From contig CAWHTE010000004.1 in NCBI GenBank assembly GCA_963832165.1, positions 674,889 to 738,888 on the forward strand: 64,000 nt of DNA, written 5' to 3'. This DNA comes from an uncultured delta proteobacterium. Its GTDB lineage: Bacteria > Myxococcota_A > UBA9160 > SMWR01. Under the pieces are notes generated by a model. That model was not told where the DNA came from and did not search any database. It saw only the letters and a program-made list of their open reading frames with translations. The position numbers were made by a program, and so were the translations under genes. The first letter of the stretch is position 1. Every line of letters begins with the position of its first letter. This document shows positions 50,721 through 61,925 of this stretch, one piece after another.

Positions 50721-51693
50721 CTAGGCGCGCGACCTGCGCCACTCGGCGAGCCCGAGCAGGGCGAGAACGCCTGCCACGAGGAGTGCGCCTCGACTGGGCT
50801 CGGGGACGACGCGAAACCCGATCTCCTCCATAGCGCTTGCCGGGACGTCGAGAACAGACTCGGACTTTCTCAGGTAGCCCGGTGAGGATTCAAAATTTCC
50901 TCCCCGCTGGAGTAGCATCCCTGGGAAGCCGCTGGACTCGGTCCACTCCATGACGTTCCCGCCCTGGTCGAATGTCCCGTATGGGCTCGCCGAGCCGGAG
51001 TAGCTGCCCTTGGGCGTCAGATCCATCGCGGAGCAGCAGCAGTTGGCGTGATTGAATGTCGCGGTCGGCGTGCTGCAGGTCGTCTGCGTATTCGAGCGCG
51101 ACGGATAGGAGTAGTAGCCCCCGCCCGGGTTGAAGTACGCCGCCTTGTACCACTCGTTCTCGGTCGGCAGGACTACGACGGCGCCCTGGTTGCGCGGAAC
51201 GACGCTATCCCCGCTCAGCGTATAGGGCGCCGTCCTCCGTTGTCGCGCTGGCCTGCGGTCCGATCGGCTGCCCATTGTTCAGCCAGTTCACGAACCGCAC
51301 CGCGTCGTAGTACGACACGTAGTTGACGGGCATCTGCTCGCGCCCGGCGATCGCGCTGTAGGTGTAGCTGCCCGAGCTGCCGCTCCGCGTGATGCCGCCA
51401 TATAGGCTCTCGTCAGCCATGAGCGTGTGGTAGACGCCGTTTGGGTCCGCATCCGCAACCGCGTTCAGGAACTCGGTGTACTGCGCGTTCGTCACCTCAT
51501 ACGTGCCGATGTAGTACTCATATCCGACTGCGCCGCAGGGCTGTTCAGCGGGATAGTTGCAGGTGGATTGTTCCGGATCATCGGCTTCATTCCCCGGATT
51601 CCCGATGAACGTCCAGTCCATCGTGACGGCCGGCGCCGACGACGCGATCAGCAGCGACAGCAAGCAACCCACGCGAATCAGCAGTGCGCGCAT
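50721..51693 (-). CDS. FGE-sulfatase domain PEP-CTERM protein, frameshift near 51230
   Basis: IGTYEVTNAQY, PTENEWYKAAY, GFRVVPEPS + TM. Confidence 0.85.
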
Positions 51694-51719
51694 ATCCCTT
51701 CCCAGCGTGCGCGTTCATC

Positions 51720-51905
51720 CTACCCTGATGTGGATCGCGTTTGGCGCTCTTCGAGGGGCGAAGTACGTGCGCTCAGCGCTCAGAAACGAAGAGACGCCGA
51801 CCAGGCAAATCTGATCGGCGTCTCAGTTATTGGTAGCGGGGGGCTGCTAGGGACCTTCCGGTTCCGATCGAGCTCCCAGTGGCCGCTGCCCTCTGAAAGT
51901 GCCGC
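51720..51905 (+). pseudogene. Large serine recombinase-like 3'-end remnant 2
   Basis: Hairpin 51791-51824 + TGGTAGCGGGGGGC 51831-51844; degenerate GSGG..PLPSESAA. Confidence 0.5.
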
Positions 51906-51923
51906 GCTATGTCTCCCGAAGGA

Positions 51924-52217
51924 TCACTCGTGCTTCCGCGGGTTTTTCAACTCCCCCAGAAGCGATGCCCGAACAGCGTTGACTGGGCCATTGACATGTC
52001 CCGCATGCAGCACCGCGGTAACCCGCCCGTCCCGTTCCCACGCGTAGCAGTGCGTCGCGGTGGGATGATTCAGCAGCTGGAAGACGAGAACTTCGCCTTC
52101 CCAAGCCGGTTGGCCATCGAACTGCTCATGTACCTGCTCACGACCGATCAACTGGGATTCGGAGCCGTACTTCTCGCGGATTGACTGGCGCAAGCTGTCT
52201 ACGGAAAGCTCGTTCAA
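51924..52217 (-). CDS. Small hypothetical protein
   Basis: EQFDGQPAWEGEVLVFQLLNHPTATHCYAW; related to 35165-35395. Confidence 0.6.
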   Translation of the reverse strand: MNELSVDSLRQSIREKYGSESQLIGREQVHEQFDGQPAWEGEVLVFQLLNHPTATHCYAWERDGRVTAVLHAGHVNGPVNAVRASLLGELKNPRKHE

Positions 52218-52339
52218 GGCATCGCCTCCAGCTGGGCGAAGTCGCGCCTGAAATCGATCGGATCCTGCGGTGGCAATTCTTATTGTAGCACTCAGGTGCC
52301 GGAATGGCCGATCGGTGCGTGAACCTGAATTGGTCTTCA

Positions 52340-54175
52340 TCACCCCGATGAAGCCGCGTTCTTCTCGCGGGCGAGTAGCCTCGAGAGCATCCTCGCCGAG
52401 ATGCCGCGCGGCCATGCGAGGTTCTCGTCGCGCACCAGGCGTGCGCCGTCGGCGTGGTACGCGAGCAAGATCTTGCGATCGTGGAATTTTTCGAGCTCGG
52501 GGCGGTGACCGACGCTGATCACGGTCGCCTCGGGAAGCTGTTCGATCACCTGGTTCATCAGGTGTTCCTGGCTCGAGGGATCGAGCGCGGACGTCGCCTC
52601 GTCCATGATCACGATGTCGGGCCGAAGGATGAGGAGCCGCGCGAACGCGAGCCGCTGCTTCTCGCCGCCGGAGAGTGTGTTTTCCCAGTGCGAATCCTCG
52701 TCGAGACGCGGCACGAAATGTCCGAGTCCGACCCGCTCGAGCGCCTTCCTCACGACCTCGTCTTCGATCTCGTCCGGTGAGCTCGGATAGGTCGTCGCGC
52801 GCCGGAGCGTTCCGAGCGGCACGTAGGGCCGCTGCGGCATCAGGAAGATCCGCGCGCCTTTTTGGAGCAGGATCTCTCCCGAGCCCCACGGCCAGAGGCC
52901 AGAGATCGCGCGCACGAGCGTGCTCTTGCCCGTGCCGGACTCGCCCTCGACCAGGACCCGCTCGCCGCGATCGATCTCGACGACCGCTTCGTTCACGACC
53001 ACGCTGCCGTCGTCGAGCGTCACCGACACGTCCCGTAGCTGCACCGCCGAGCCTTTACTCTTGCCGAGGATGATGTGGCGCGGGCCTTCATCGAGGTCGC
53101 AACGGTCGAGCCGCTCGAGCGACACCAGGAGCGAGGCGACGCGCCTTGCCGAGGCCGTCCAGTCGGCGAGGCGGGGATAGTTGTCGACCAACCAGTTGAA
53201 CGCGATCTGGACCGTGACGAACGCCGACGCGGCCTGCATGACCTGTCCGAGCGACATCTCACCCGCGAGATATTTCGGGGCGCAAAGGATCAGCGGCACG
53301 ACCGGTACGAAGGTTTGGCTCGTCTGCGATACCACCGTCGTCCGCAAGAACTGGAACGTGTACTGGCGCCAGCGTTTCAGCACGTTTTGGAACGCCTCGT
53401 CGAGTCCGGATCGTTCCTCGGTCTCGCCGCCGAGAAGCGCGATGCTCTCGCCGTTCTCGCGCAGGCGCGTCAGCCCATATCGATACTCCGCTTCCGCCTG
53501 GTTCTTGCTTTCCGAAACCCCGACGAAGCTGCGTCCGATTGCGATCATCGCGCCGCTGGCAGCGACCGCATAGATGAATGCGGCGAGCACGAGGAAGCCC
53601 GGAATCGTGATGCGGGTTCCCGGAATCGTCAGCGCACCGCCGATGAACCAGAGAACGCCGATGAACATGAGGGCGGACAGGACGGCGTTCATCAAGCCGA
53701 TCGTGAAGTCGACCGGGGCATCGACCGAGACGCGCAGATCATCCGTGACGCGGGACTCGGGATTCGCGTGGTCGCCGGCGACGAAGTTGAGCTGGTAGTA
53801 ACGGCCCCCCGTGATCCAGCGGTCGAGCACACGCGCGTTGAGCCATCGCCGCCACGTCTGCTGCGTCGTCATGCGCGTATAGAACCCCGCCACGGCCAGG
53901 CTCACGTTGGCGACGGTCAGGGGCAGAAAGATCAGTGCTTGCGTCCAGACTTCGCCCCCGTCCTTTCTCTCGAGCGCGTCGAAGAGATGACGGTTCCAGA
54001 CGTTGATCCGGTACTGGATGAAGAGGTTCGTTAGCGTGACCGAGATGATGGCAGCCGTGAGGAGCCAAGCCGTCCACCCGTCCCGCCAGAAGCCGAGCGC
54101 GGTCTCCCAGAAGGTCGCGAGCAGGTAGCGTGGGATGCGGTGCTCGATTTCCTGTTGCGTCGGTTTCGTCGACAT
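52340..54175 (-). CDS. Fused ABC transporter, ABCD/YddA-like
   Basis: ANPESRVTDD, RLRENGESIALLGG (EAA), [27 protein letters not shown]. Confidence 0.9.
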   Translation of the reverse strand: MSTKPTQQEIEHRIPRYLLATFWETALGFWRDGWTAWLLTAAIISVTLTNLFIQYRINVWNRHLFDALERKDGGEVWTQALIFLPLTVANVSLAVAGFYTRMTTQQTWRRWLNARVLDRWITGGRYYQLNFVAGDHANPESRVTDDLRVSVDAPVDFTIGLMNAVLSALMFIGVLWFIGGALTIPGTRITIPGFLVLAAFIYAVAASGAMIAIGRSFVGVSESKNQAEAEYRYGLTRLRENGESIALLGGETEERSGLDEAFQNVLKRWRQYTFQFLRTTVVSQTSQTFVPVVPLILCAPKYLAGEMSLGQVMQAASAFVTVQIAFNWLVDNYPRLADWTASARRVASLLVSLERLDRCDLDEGPRHIILGKSKGSAVQLRDVSVTLDDGSVVVNEAVVEIDRGERVLVEGESGTGKSTLVRAISGLWPWGSGEILLQKGARIFLMPQRPYVPLGTLRRATTYPSSPDEIEDEVVRKALERVGLGHFVPRLDEDSHWENTLSGGEKQRLAFARLLILRPDIVIMDEATSALDPSSQEHLMNQVIEQLPEATVISVGHRPELEKFHDRKILLAYHADGARLVRDENLAWPRGISARMLSRLLAREKNAASSG

Positions 54176-54353
54176 CCTGGGAAAGTACCGACAAGGAGCC
54201 GAGATCTGGATGGCCGGGGGCCCGTCCAGGCCGCCCTTGTCCCGCGTGGCGTGCGACGTGACAAGGCGCGTTTTTACACACCGGCTTGCGGCCCGGGTCC
54301 GGGTTGGATCATCCTGAATGAGTACCGTCGGTCGCGACGGCGCGGTCCGGAAG

Positions 54354-56153
54354 ATGCGACTTATTCGCCTTTATTCCCGTGTCCTTGGCGCGCTAGGCAA
54401 CGAAGCCAAGATCGGGTGGGCGCTCGCCATCGGCAACGTCCTGCTTGCCGTCGCGCAGTTCGCCCAGCCGGTGTTGTTCGGACGCATCATCGACGCACTC
54501 GCGAAGGCGCAGGCGGACCACGCGCCTCCAACCTGGTCGCAGCTCCTCACGTTGCTCGGCGCCTGGGCCGCGTTCGGCCTGTTCACGATCGTGTTCGGCG
54601 CGCTCGCCGCGCTGTACGCCGACCGTCTCGCGCATCGTCGCCGTCACGCGATTCTCACGGACTATTTCGAGCACATCCTCCAGCTGCCGCTGAGCTATCA
54701 CGGTGGCACGCACTCGGGCCGGTTGCTGAAAGTGATGCTGGCGGGCACGGATTCGCTGTGGTTCCTCTGGCTTGCCTTCTTCCGCGAGCACCTCACCGCG
54801 TTCGTATCGCTGTTCGTGCTGCTGCCGCTCTCGCTGTTCCTCAACTGGCGACTCGCGCTGCTGCTCATCCTGCTGTGTGTTGTGTTCACCGCATTGACGG
54901 CAATCGTCGTGCGCAAAGCCGAAGCGCTGCAAAGCACGGTCGAGGAGCACTACTCGGCCCTTGCCGAGCGCACCTCCGACGCACTCGGCAACGTGCCTCT
55001 CGTGCAGAGCTACACCCGTGTCGAGGCCGAGGTGACCGCGCTCAAAGGCGTCATCGGGCGGCTGCTCGGCGCGCAGATGCCCGTGCTCTCGTGGTGGGCG
55101 ATCGCCGCGGTTCTGACGCGCGCATCCACGACGCTGACGCTGCTCGGGATCTTCATCGTCGGCATCTGGTTGTACGCGCGCGGCCTCGCGACCATCGGCG
55201 ACATCGTCATGTTCAGCAACTTCACGGGGATGGTCGTCGCGCGCCTCGAGCAGGTCGTCGGCTTCGTCAATCGCGTATCGATCGATGCACCGCGCCTGCG
55301 CGAGTTCTTCGACGTTCTCGATACCGTGCCCGCGGTGCACGACCGGCCCGACGCGATCGACCCCGCGCGCGTCAAAGGCTTGGTCGAGTTCCGCAACGTA
55401 TCCTTCTCTTACGACTCGAAGCGGCCCGCCGTCACGGATCTCGATTTCAGGGTCGCGCCCGGCGAAAGCGTGGCGCTCGTCGGTCCGACTGGCGCCGGCA
55501 AATCGACGGCGCTCGCGTTGCTCCACCGCGTCTTCGATCCGCAGTCCGGCGCAATCCTCGTCGACGGCGTGGATATTCGCGCGCTCAAGCTCTCGGCGCT
55601 GCGGCGCAACATCGGGGTGGTATTCCAGGAAGCGCTGCTGTTCAACCGCTCGATCGGCGAGAACCTTCGTGTCGGCAAGCCTGATGCAAGCCAAAAAGAG
55701 CTGCGCGCGGCGTGCGCGCGCGCACAGGCGCTCGAATTCATCGAACGCAGCGGCGGCGGTTTCGAGGCAAGCGTCGGAGAGCGCGGCCGGCTGCTCTCGG
55801 GCGGCGAGCGGCAGCGGCTCGCGATTGCACGTGCGCTGCTCAAGGACCCGCCGATCTTGATCCTCGACGAAGCAACCAGTGCGCTCGACGCTGCCACCGA
55901 AGCGAAAGTTCAGGCGGCACTCGAAGAAGTGATGAAGGGCCGCACGACGTTCGTCATCGCCCATCGGCTCGCAACCGTTCGGCATGCGAGCCGCATCATG
56001 GTGTTCGAGGGCGGCTGCATCGTGGAAATCGGCACGTTCGACGAGCTCGTCCGGCGCGGCGGCCGGTTCGCCGCACTGGCGCGAGCACAATTCATGGTCT
56101 CAGAGCCCGCCGACACGGCAGCTGATCGGAAGTCATTGATGGGGACCGAGTGA
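54354..56153 (+). CDS. ndvA: Cyclic beta-glucan exporter ChvA/NdvA-like ABC transporter
   Basis: [49 protein letters not shown]; Walker [18 protein letters not shown]. Confidence 0.75.
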   Translation: MRLIRLYSRVLGALGNEAKIGWALAIGNVLLAVAQFAQPVLFGRIIDALAKAQADHAPPTWSQLLTLLGAWAAFGLFTIVFGALAALYADRLAHRRRHAILTDYFEHILQLPLSYHGGTHSGRLLKVMLAGTDSLWFLWLAFFREHLTAFVSLFVLLPLSLFLNWRLALLLILLCVVFTALTAIVVRKAEALQSTVEEHYSALAERTSDALGNVPLVQSYTRVEAEVTALKGVIGRLLGAQMPVLSWWAIAAVLTRASTTLTLLGIFIVGIWLYARGLATIGDIVMFSNFTGMVVARLEQVVGFVNRVSIDAPRLREFFDVLDTVPAVHDRPDAIDPARVKGLVEFRNVSFSYDSKRPAVTDLDFRVAPGESVALVGPTGAGKSTALALLHRVFDPQSGAILVDGVDIRALKLSALRRNIGVVFQEALLFNRSIGENLRVGKPDASQKELRAACARAQALEFIERSGGGFEASVGERGRLLSGGERQRLAIARALLKDPPILILDEATSALDAATEAKVQAALEEVMKGRTTFVIAHRLATVRHASRIMVFEGGCIVEIGTFDELVRRGGRFAALARAQFMVSEPADTAADRKSLMGTE

Positions 56154-56199
56154 GGGCCAGCTCTCCCTCGGCATCGGGGCTCGCCGGCTCGAGCAGGCC

Positions 56200-56860
56200 C
56201 GCATCTTCTCGACCGTTGCGTCGAGTTCTGCCAGAGGTGCCTCGACGTCCGTATCCCCGCATCCGAGCTCGAAGCGAGTGTTGGGCGCGATCCGGGACCA
56301 GATCCTCGTGCCCGAGCACGCGCTCTACGTGGTCGGGCAGACGATCGAGAAACTGCGCGCGCAGCGGGACCCGGCGAGGCGGGGAGGCTGCGTGACGAAC
56401 TCGCGAAGCTCACCTCGCAGGTGTCGCGGCTCGTCGCGCTCGCGGCCGAGGTGTCCGACGTGCCCGAGCTGGCGGTCCGGCTCAAGGCGATGCAACGCGA
56501 GCGTGCCGCGATCGAGGCACGGCTGCGTGCGGCGGAGACGGCGATTCCCGATTGTGCGGGACCTGACGGCGCGGGTCGAACGGTGCCTCGCGGATCTCGG
56601 TGCGAGCCTTGCGAGCGACCGCGGGCGCGACGCGCTCCAGGCGCTCTTACGAGGCGATCGCCTCACGGTGCGCCCGGACGCGGGAGCTGGATTCCGCATC
56701 GAGGGCACCGCGTGGCTGCGGCTACCCGTTAGTGAAAGAGCCGCCCGAAAATCAGATGATCTTCGGGCGGCCCCACACGGTGGTAGCGGGGGGCCGCTAC
56801 GCCCGAGTGTCCCAAGCCGTTCCGGTCTCGCTGCCTCTTTCGGGCAACGTCGCGGCGTAG
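56200..56860 (+). pseudogene. Large serine recombinase-like C-terminal part (coiled coil and tail); no catalytic N-terminus; frameshifted
   Basis: LLGAIRDQIL..coiled coil..GRDALQALLRGDRLTVRPD..FRIEG; ends GGSGG / VVAGGRY over a tRNA-like att sequence. Confidence 0.6.
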
Positions 56861-56917
56861 TGCCGGCGCCGTCGATTCGCGGCACCATCTCGCGGCCAGG
56901 AGGAGGCGGAGCAGCCG

Positions 56918-57121
56918 ATGGCCGAGCGCTTCAAGGTGAGGGCCGACGACGGCCGCGTGTTCACGGTGGTCGAGATCTCGAGCCGAGTAGACGTCGGCGG
57001 CGGAAACGAAATCGCCGGGCTCAGCGAGCTGCGCACCACCGAGGGGCATGGAGTGAGCCCGCTTGGTGACGACCGCTATCTGATCGCCGAGCTCGATCTT
57101 ACCGTTCGGCGCATCCCGTAG
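56918..57121 (+). CDS. Small hypothetical protein (paralog of 34349-34585)
   Basis: GRVFTVVE..IAGLSELRTTEG..SPLG; RBS AGGAGG. Confidence 0.65.
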   Translation: MAERFKVRADDGRVFTVVEISSRVDVGGGNEIAGLSELRTTEGHGVSPLGDDRYLIAELDLTVRRIP

Positions 57122-57857
57122 TGGCGTTCGCGCGCGTCGTCGAGCTGGGCCCCCACGACGAGTCGCAGTTTCTCGCGCTCTTGGCCTATCCGGCGCGCCA
57201 CGAGGCAGTCAAGCGGTTCAAGGCCGCGACTGCACTTGACGCGCTACACGCTCGCGCTGGCGTGCATCAACGTGCCTACGACGAGCGAGCGCTTCCGGCG
57301 CTGATTCCGCGAGTACCTCAAGGACCAATCCGTGCGGCGGTGGAATCGCGCCGCCAACCGCATTCGGTCGCGACGGGTGCCCGCAAGCTGGGCAGCGTCG
57401 TATCATGGGCCAGCGCCCGAAATGGACGAGCCCGACCTCCGCAATGGCGCACTGGATGGCGCGGCAGCGCGGCGAACCGGAACCGAAGAAGATCGCCGAG
57501 GAGAACACGGGTTACCGGATCGAGACCATCTGGCGGGAGTCGGTCCCGGTGCTTCACCTCGCGCTCACCCTCTTCAACTTCCCCCGGGCCCAACACGAGT
57601 ACGTACGCGCGCGAATTGTCGCGGCGCAGCTCGAGGCGTCGGGCGTCGCGGTGCCCGGGTCAACGAAGGTCCGTACCGACGACGATCGGCTCGACGAGCT
57701 TGCCATCGGACGGGGCTGGATCGAGCGCGCGATCGTCGAGTGCGAAGTGTGGCGGGGGGAACTCTTGAAGCACTTCCCGCAAAAGATCCGCGAAGAAGAC
57801 GTGATCGTGATCGTGCCCAGCGGCCTGCGCGAGAGCACCACTCCCGCAACTGGCTGA
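57121..57857 (+). CDS. Hypothetical protein, frameshifted
   Basis: Coding-like pieces in ORFs 57121, 57332 and 57405. Confidence 0.45.
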
Positions 57858-58076
57858 TTTCTCTCGCCCATTTTCCCGACTACCGGGCTGATCGCCTCGC
57901 TCGCACGCTCGCGAGCGGAATGGCTCTAAATCCGCAGCGCCGCGCATTCGCCGAGAGCATCGGCCGCCTGATCGCGGACGCGCTGTGGGCCGAGCTCACC
58001 AGCGGCAATCCCGCCGCCCAGAAATGCGAAAGCGCGCCGGCCGACCAAAACCTGGCGCGCTCCGCAGGAGACGAAC

Positions 58077-58379
58077 GTGAGGACCCTACCGAACGAAGCG
58101 CCGCGACGCACGCATAGCGGATCCGACACCGACGAGGCGCGGTCCGTCGTCAAGCCGCCGCTCGTCTATCCCGTCAAATTCGCTCGCATTCGCGCGCACA
58201 ACGCTCTCCGTGCACAGGTTGCCGCTCGCGATCGCATCGCGGACGTGCGCCAGTGTGTCGGGACCCTCTGCTCGCCGGTCGCGCGAACGAAGCTCGAGGC
58301 GGCGCTCGAGATGGCAGAGGAAGCCGCCCAAGACGACCTGGCGCAGATCGTCGTCGATCTCGCGGTGTCGACCGCGTGA
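58077..58379 (+). CDS. Hypothetical element protein
   Basis: GTGA overlap with primase start. Confidence 0.45.
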   Translation: MRTLPNEAPRRTHSGSDTDEARSVVKPPLVYPVKFARIRAHNALRAQVAARDRIADVRQCVGTLCSPVARTKLEAALEMAEEAAQDDLAQIVVDLAVSTA

Positions 58380-60412
58380 GCGACGCCGCGAACGTCCACG
58401 ATCTCGGCGCGGATCACCTGGCCGCGCTGCTCGAGGATTTGTTCTCCAAGTCGAGCAAACGCGCTCACCTCTACAGCGATGGACACCAGGACCTAACACG
58501 ACGACGGCCACTGGTTCGCGAGGACTTCGAGGATCACATCGCCGGGCGGTATCGGCTCGGCGCGATCCCGTTCGTGGAGGGCTCGCGGACGTGGTGGGGA
58601 TGCATCGACATCGACGCCCGCAACTTCGGCCTAGAGCCCGACGACCCCGAGGTTTTCGAGCTCATCAACCGCGTGATGGAAGCGCTCGGCGCTCATGGGA
58701 TCCGCGCCGCGCTCGAGAGGTCGAAGGGCAAGGGCTGGCACATCTGGGTGTTCTTCGATGCTCCGATCGACGCGGCTCGTGTTCGAGCGTTCCTGCGATC
58801 AGTGGCGCTCGGCGCCGGAATCCCCGACGCGTCCGACCTCGTTTGCCCGCGCCAGGATCACGAGGGCGACGTCGGCAACGGCACGTGGCTTCCGCTATGC
58901 GGCATGGACCGCGAGCCGAATACCCGCTTCTACGAGCTCGACGCCGACTCCGGCGATTGGCTCCCGGCGAGCAATCAGGCGGCCGTCGTCCGCGAGCTGA
59001 TCGAGCGCCCCAACCCCACATCCGCGGTTCCTTCCGTCGAAGCGGAACAGCGCACGAAGTCCGAGGCGCCGGGCGATCACGGCTGCACCTGGATCGTCGA
59101 CGAGCTCGACGAGATCGGCGTCGCGCTCGAGCACCTGGCCTATCACGGAAACCCGAAGCCCGAGCTCCAGAAGATCTCGTTTGGGTGCCCGTTTCACCGC
59201 GCGCCGAAGCAACGGACGCGCGGCGGCTCGGCGGTGTTCTTCTCGACGGGGAGCGGATGGTGCGCGAGTGCGAAGTGCGGAAAGAAGTGGCGGACCGTCG
59301 CGGAATTCGTCGATGCGCTCGAGCTCGCGAAGAAGCCGAGCCTGCGCGTGCTCACGCCGGAGGAATTCGAGCGGGACGTCGCGCCGGCCTCGATCGTCGA
59401 CACGCTCATCTATCACGGGTCGACGCACTCGCTCCCGGGCGCGAGCAAGGCGGGCAAGAGCTGGTTCGTGTTCCAGATGATCATGTGCATTGCGACGGGC
59501 CGACCGTTCCTCGGGCTCGCGGTCGAGCAGTGCGTCGCCCTTCTGCTCTCACTCGAGCTCTCTGCCGGCATGGTCCGCGAACGGATGAACCGGATCCACG
59601 AGGACGTCGGCATCCCCATGCCGCGGATCGGCTCAGAGCTGCACGTGGTGGCTCCGACCGCGGAGTACGTGCCCCGCATCGATCTCGCGACCCAGGCCGG
59701 AGCCGACGAGCTGGCGCGGGTGATCGAGCAGACCGGCGCGCACGTCGTCGTGCTCGACACGCTCTACCGGTTTCTATCCCGGCTCGGATCCCTCGAGCAA
59801 CGCCGAGATGGGGGCGGTGTTCGGTCGACTCAACGACCTCGCGCGCAGCAGGCCGGCTCGCCGTGATCCTCGACCACCTCGCGAAGGGGGAGTACCTCGG
59901 GCCGACGTCGCAGGCGGCGCTCGGTGCCGCGTCGAAGGGCGGCGCCACGCGGACGATCATGGGCTCAAGCGCGCGACGCGCAAGGAGGCGGACGCTGGGA
60001 GATCGACGTCGAGAGCCATTTCGGTTCCTGGGATGAGCCGCTCTACTACTCGCGCCCCGTGCGCAGTGACGGCAGCTACGGCTTCGGCTGCACCCCGTGC
60101 ACACCCACTGACGCCTGGGGACTCCATCACGACCGCGTCTATCGGATCTTCTGCAAGCACGGGACGCTCGAACAGGGTTGCTGGCAGATTGCCTCGGGTC
60201 GGAAGCTGCGCGATGCGCTCATTGCCGAGGGTCTCGCCACAGGGAACGCCACCGGCGAGATGATGATCTCGGCCATCAAGCGCGACCACTGCAGGCAGAG
60301 CGAATCGGCGCCGGACCCGGGGCGGCCGATCGCACTCTCGGGCGGGAAGAACAACGCGGTGATCTTCACGTGGGTCGGTGATGCACCCAGCGAGGGCGCT
60401 CATGTCGCGTAG
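58376..60412 (+). CDS. AEP primase (TOTE-like) + Zn finger + AAA_25/RepA helicase, frameshifted
   Basis: CIDID, ERSKGKGWHIWVFF, PRQD..GNGTWLPL; CPFH..C..C; GASKAGKS; VVLDTL. Confidence 0.8.
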
Positions 60413-60711
60413 GATTCTCCACCCGTCCACGTGTCCTCGGTGTCCTTTAAGAGAAGAGGACGGAGGGCCGCACTCCGGCGGCCTCCTTCCGTCCGTTCTT
60501 CTCTCTGTGCGAGCGCCCGCCGAGCTCGCCCCCGCCGAGCTCGCGCCCTCGCGCTCGGGCCGATCTCGGTCGCTGATCGAGGTGATCACCGCACGCGCGC
60601 ACGGATACGCGCACCGTGCTGAATCCCGCGGGATCAACGGTGATCGCCGGGCGTATCGGGTGCGCGCTACGTCCGACGCGCAGAGAACCATCGCGGTGTC
60701 AGGAGGTTGCG

Positions 60712-61250
60712 ATGCCGCTTAAAGGCCAGCGCCACGCGCCGGAAGCGCTCGGCCCGAACGGATCGATCGCGCGCGGCACGCGGTTCGGGAAGATGAAGCG
60801 CGCCGCACTCGACGAGCAGCGCCGCGCCGCCGCCCGCATCGCACCGTGGGAGATCCTCGAAGCCGCGCGCACCGGCACGGTGCCGGACCATCGCCGCGAC
60901 TACGTGGCCGACGCGGTGGACAGGGCATGTCGATCGTGGCCGACCTGGGCGGCGCCGAGCAGCTATCCGCGCCGTGCTCGCGCTCGTGCAGGACATGCAG
61001 CGCGCGGGGCTCACCTCGAGATGTTGAATGCGCGGGTGCTGCAGAGCGAAGCGATCGATCTCGAAGCTCGTCGCGAAGATCTCGACGCTGCTCGGCGCGC
61101 GGCGCGCGAACCTCCAGGCGCTCGGCCTCGAGCGCGCCGCGAAAGAAGTGCCCGATCTGCGCAGCTACCGCGAGTACTCGCGCAGCGCGCGCAGGACACG
61201 CCTAATGGCGCAGGAGCGACGAACGGCGCGAGCCCCGATGCAGACGTCGA
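60712..61250 (+). CDS. Putative small-terminase-like protein, frameshifted
   Basis: IVADLGGAEQLSA and LQALGLERAAKEVPDLRSY pieces upstream of the terminase. Confidence 0.45.
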
Positions 61251-61670
61251 ACCCGCGCAGAATCGAGCCGCGTGCGCGGAGTCTGCGAATGGCGGAGCTG
61301 TGCCCCGCAGCGAAGATGCCCGAGGCGCCGCCGCACAGCACCCCGCGAGGGCGGCGCGATGAGCGTCGAGAGCGTCGAAGGCGGCCTCGCGCTCGACGTC
61401 GCCCGTGCGGCGGCTTCCTGCCGGAGTCGCGCCGGCGAATCCGGCCGAGGCTCGGCCATGCGTTTTCACCGCGGCGTTGCGTCCGCGGGCATTCGCTACC
61501 GGCGAGCGGGCAATCTCCGATGGCGAGCGCGGGCGCTCACAAAGGCGAGTCCTCCGGGCTCGCTCGCTGCTGTCGGCCTTGAAGAGAGGGCCGAGGATGC
61601 ATGACCGGCAAGGGCTCGCACCCGCGCACTTTTCCCGCGCCGATCGGCGCTCAACCCAAGAGGTGACCGC

Positions 61671-61925
61671 ATGACCGAATTCCGAACGACGAACCGACCC
61701 GAAGCACCGAAACAGACGGCCGCCGAGCTCGCCGCGTACAAGGCGAAGCTGGTCGACCGCATGCTGCCGAGGCGGCGCCGCGAGCTCGAGGGACTGACCG
61801 TTGAGCAGCTCGAGGGCCTGTGCGGGATCCACGCGCAGCACGAGCAGCGCCAGGACGCGGCGAAGGGGGGCCACATGCCCACCCGCTCGCTCGCGCAGCA
61901 GCTCGGCAAGAAGGCCGCGCAGTGA
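61671..61925 (+). CDS. Hypothetical protein
   Basis: RBS GAGGTG; GTGA overlap with next gene. Confidence 0.55.
   Translation: MTEFRTTNRPEAPKQTAAELAAYKAKLVDRMLPRRRRELEGLTVEQLEGLCGIHAQHEQRQDAAKGGHMPTRSLAQQLGKKAAQ

Noticed and set aside
39402..51693. A complete diversity-generating retroelement
   Set aside because: No reverse transcriptase and no template repeat seen in the window.
50626..56794. Complete tRNA genes at the CCCCCGCTACCA sites
   Set aside because: Only about 12 nt of a 3' end is present, with no GTTCRA loop; treated as att-like scars.
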